Positions 61,672 to 64,000 of a DNA stretch of 64,000 bases are shown piece after piece. Numbering within the stretch: position 1 is the stretch's first letter; the number at the start of each line of letters is the position of its first letter. The notes beneath the pieces were generated by a model. It searched no databases. It had not been told where the DNA came from and was given only the letters and a program-made list of their open reading frames with translations. This stretch comes from an uncultured Chloroflexia bacterium. GTDB taxonomy: Bacteria; Chloroflexota; Anaerolineae; B4-G1; SLSP01. The stretch spans positions 64,001 to 128,000 of the forward strand of contig CAVVUS010000024.1 of assembly GCA_963751345.1 (NCBI GenBank), read 5' to 3'. The position numbers and the translations under genes are program-made.

Positions 61672-63717
61672 ATGAAGAGCGAGTTCGCCCTAGCCTTTAA
61701 CCAGATCTGTGCTGAATACAGCTTGCCAAGAGAGGTTGTGCTGGACGCAGTCCGCGCCGCCTTGGCGACCGCGTTCCGGCGTGACTGGAAGGTTCCGGCC
61801 ACGCAAAACGTGTCCGCAGAGATCAACCTGGAGACAGGGTTAGCGCGTATCTACATAGAGCGAACGGCGGTTGAGGAAGTAGTAGATCCTGACATCGAGA
61901 TCCCGCTCAAAGAAGCTCGCCGCAAGAAGGCCAATGTGCAGTTGGGTGACATCGTGTTGGTTGACGTCACACCCCAAGATTTTGGTCGTATTGCCGCGCA
62001 GACCGCAAAGCAGGTTATTACGCAGCGTCTGCGGGAAGCGGAACGTGAAAGCCAGTTCAACCGATTCAGCCGGCAGGAAAACGAGATCATCATCGGCACC
62101 GTCCAGTCGGTCAACCCGCATGGCGTGACCCTGCATCTGGAGCGGACGGAAGAGGCCCACATGCCGAGGCGCGAGCAGATTCCGGGAGAACGTTACGTTC
62201 TGCACCAGAAGATCCGCGTCTACGTGCTGGAGGTTCGTCGAACTTCTCGGGGCCCGGAGATCATCGTCAGTCGCAGCCATCCGCTGATGCTGCGAAGGCT
62301 GCTGGAACTCGAGGTGCCTGAGATCCGCAATGGGCAGGTGGAGATCAACGCAGTTGCCCGAGAGGCCGGCACCCGAGCGAAAGTTGCGGTTTCGGCCCGA
62401 CAGGCGGGTATCGACCCGGTCGGTTCCTGCGTGGGGATGAGGGGGATCCGCATCCAGACGATATCCCGCGAATTGCACGGGGAACGCGTCGACGTCGTCG
62501 AGTGGAGTGAAGATCCCGAGCACTTCATCACCAATGCATTGAGCGTTCCCGCTATCGTCTGTGTCACGCTGGACGAGAACAACCCCGGGGGCCGAACAGC
62601 CTCCGTCGTCGTGATGGATGACCAGCTTTCGCTGGCGATTGGGCGTTCAGGGCAAAACGCGCGACTCGCCGCCAAGTTAACGAATTGGCGGATTGATATC
62701 CAGGGCGGTACGGAAGCCGCCATCTGGGCACTGGAGCAGGTGAACCATACACCCGAGCTGTTGGATGCGTTGAAGGGTGAGGCGACCCTAATCCCACGTC
62801 TGGCTACGATTATGCGGACGCACGAAGAGGATCAATATCCGTATACCGACGAGGAACGGCACATCATCGGGTCCGTTGTCAAGGCGGTACGGCAGGCGAT
62901 CATCGCGCGCCGAGAGGCCGAACGGCCCGGATCAGTCCAGACGCGGGCACGGCAGCATGCCCAACGCAGGGCCGAAGCGGAACGCGTCAAGGCCACAGAA
63001 GTAGCTCATGCACGGGTACCAAGAGGTGCCTACAAGGTACCTCTCAGCGATCTTGAGTTGTCCAAGAAAGTCTATACGCACCTCATCACGAATGGCCTCA
63101 AGAATGTGGGCGAGGTGATGGAGAGAATGGCTGTCGGCGACGAGGCCCTGCTGATGCTTAACGGCGTCGGCGTAAAGGCACTTCGGGAGATCAAGCAAGC
63201 CGTTGATGAGAGTGGGCTCGGTCTGCTGGATCAAGAAGAGCCCGAGGGTGACGGAGCCGCCGTAGCCGAGGCCTTCGCAGACGAAGGCCTCGCAGACGAA
63301 GCGGGAACAGACGACGGTCTTGCGGAGAGCAGCGAAGAAGCGGAAGCTCCATCCGAGGAAGCCGAGACGGCGGAACCGGAGGTGGGAGCGGAGACACAGA
63401 TCGTTGAAGAAGCTGCCGAGCCGGTCGATGGAGCCGCGAGCGCGGAGTCCGATGAAAAGGTGTTGGAGGAGGAGGCTACGCCGGCTGTTGAGGCGTCTCC
63501 TGAGCTTGCTGAGATCGCGGCGAACCTTGAGGGGGTCCTCTTCGAGGAACCTGAGGATGAGGAACTTGAGGAAACCAGCCCATCCGGTAGGACACGGAAG
63601 GGGCGAAAACGCCGTCGCACCGTGGTGTATGATGACGCTACCGGCGAGACTTTCGTCATGCGAAAGCATCGCAGCCGCACCACAGACTCGTGGGACGAAT
63701 ACAGCGAAGATTTTTAG
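61672..63717 (+). CDS. nusA: Transcription factor NusA with extended C-terminus
   Basis: FGRIAAQTAKQVI.QRLRE, S1 domain, AREAG.R.KVAV, GSCVGMRG, LSLAIGRSGQNARLAAKLT; then an alpha-CTD-like segment and an acidic tail. Confidence 0.96.
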   Translation: MKSEFALAFNQICAEYSLPREVVLDAVRAALATAFRRDWKVPATQNVSAEINLETGLARIYIERTAVEEVVDPDIEIPLKEARRKKANVQLGDIVLVDVTPQDFGRIAAQTAKQVITQRLREAERESQFNRFSRQENEIIIGTVQSVNPHGVTLHLERTEEAHMPRREQIPGERYVLHQKIRVYVLEVRRTSRGPEIIVSRSHPLMLRRLLELEVPEIRNGQVEINAVAREAGTRAKVAVSARQAGIDPVGSCVGMRGIRIQTISRELHGERVDVVEWSEDPEHFITNALSVPAIVCVTLDENNPGGRTASVVVMDDQLSLAIGRSGQNARLAAKLTNWRIDIQGGTEAAIWALEQVNHTPELLDALKGEATLIPRLATIMRTHEEDQYPYTDEERHIIGSVVKAVRQAIIARREAERPGSVQTRARQHAQRRAEAERVKATEVAHARVPRGAYKVPLSDLELSKKVYTHLITNGLKNVGEVMERMAVGDEALLMLNGVGVKALREIKQAVDESGLGLLDQEEPEGDGAAVAEAFADEGLADEAGTDDGLAESSEEAEAPSEEAETAEPEVGAETQIVEEAAEPVDGAASAESDEKVLEEEATPAVEASPELAEIAANLEGVLFEEPEDEELEETSPSGRTRKGRKRRRTVVYDDATGETFVMRKHRSRTTDSWDEYSEDF

Positions 63718-63856
63718 CACGATTGAATGTCCGATGATGACCCTTAGGGTGAGCCCTGTCGCGACACCTGGAGTTCTGCCAGGACACGAATTGCCATGCT
63801 GAGACGACTGCGACTACGATAGAGTAGCTTTTCGCAGGATCTCTCTGTCTTAGGTG

Positions 63857-63891
63857 ATGGGACGCCGAAGGGTTTCTGGCGTCCCATTTTT
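63857..63891 (+). terminator. Terminator downstream of nusA
   Basis: ATGGGACGCC-N11-GGCGTCCCAT-TTTT. Confidence 0.8.
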
Positions 63892-63962
63892 CGTGTCGTC
63901 TTTCGAGCCGACCATCAGACATCAATTGACACGCATGTGCGTAGACAAGATGAGTACTTACT

Positions 63963-64000
63963 ATGGCGACGAAACAGAAGGCAAAACCAAGGCAGAAGCA
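63963..64000 (+). CDS. 5' fragment of a basic protein, possibly YlxR (by synteny only)
   Basis: MATKQKAKPRQK... runs off the window; position after nusA. Confidence 0.35.
   Translation, partial: MATKQKAKPRQK

Noticed and set aside
1-64000. Many long antisense or alternate-frame ORFs (e.g. 9786..10805, 26427..27422, 45854..46855, 46895..47815)
   Set aside because: Shadow ORFs of GC-rich genes with no motifs or RBS, fully overlapping well-supported CDSs.

Overview
GC-rich bacterial chromosome segment. Gene content (secretin-less Tad locus, paired SPFH genes, LuxR-TM-Kelch protein, large GT-C membrane protein, extended NusA) suggests Chloroflexota, probably Anaerolineae; this is inference. Most of the window is housekeeping: hisG, folC, lon, hpf, ftsY, prfB (genuine programmed +1 frameshift), tilS, tsaD, der, rpmG, copA, nusA, and a 12-gene shikimate/Phe/Tyr operon containing tyrS. 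About 20 single-base indels split otherwise intact genes and look like long-read errors. Two ribosome-dependent attenuators absent from the ORF track were read from the sequence: a His3 leader before hisG and a Tyr/Phe leader before the aro operon. The best candidate for an undescribed system is the self-contained minus-strand operon at 55253-61308. It encodes two paralogous clan CD (caspase/gingipain C25-like) His-Cys proteases and three copies of one unnamed ~120-aa domain: free-standing, probably fused to one protease, and fused to a hydrophobic C-terminal hairpin. Also noted: a CHAT-STAND-TPR protease, a Tad-comF operon with a perfect 20-bp palindrome, and a hammerhead-like fold after prfB. 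No tRNA, rRNA, CRISPR array or transposase was seen. All assignments are by eye; no searches were run.
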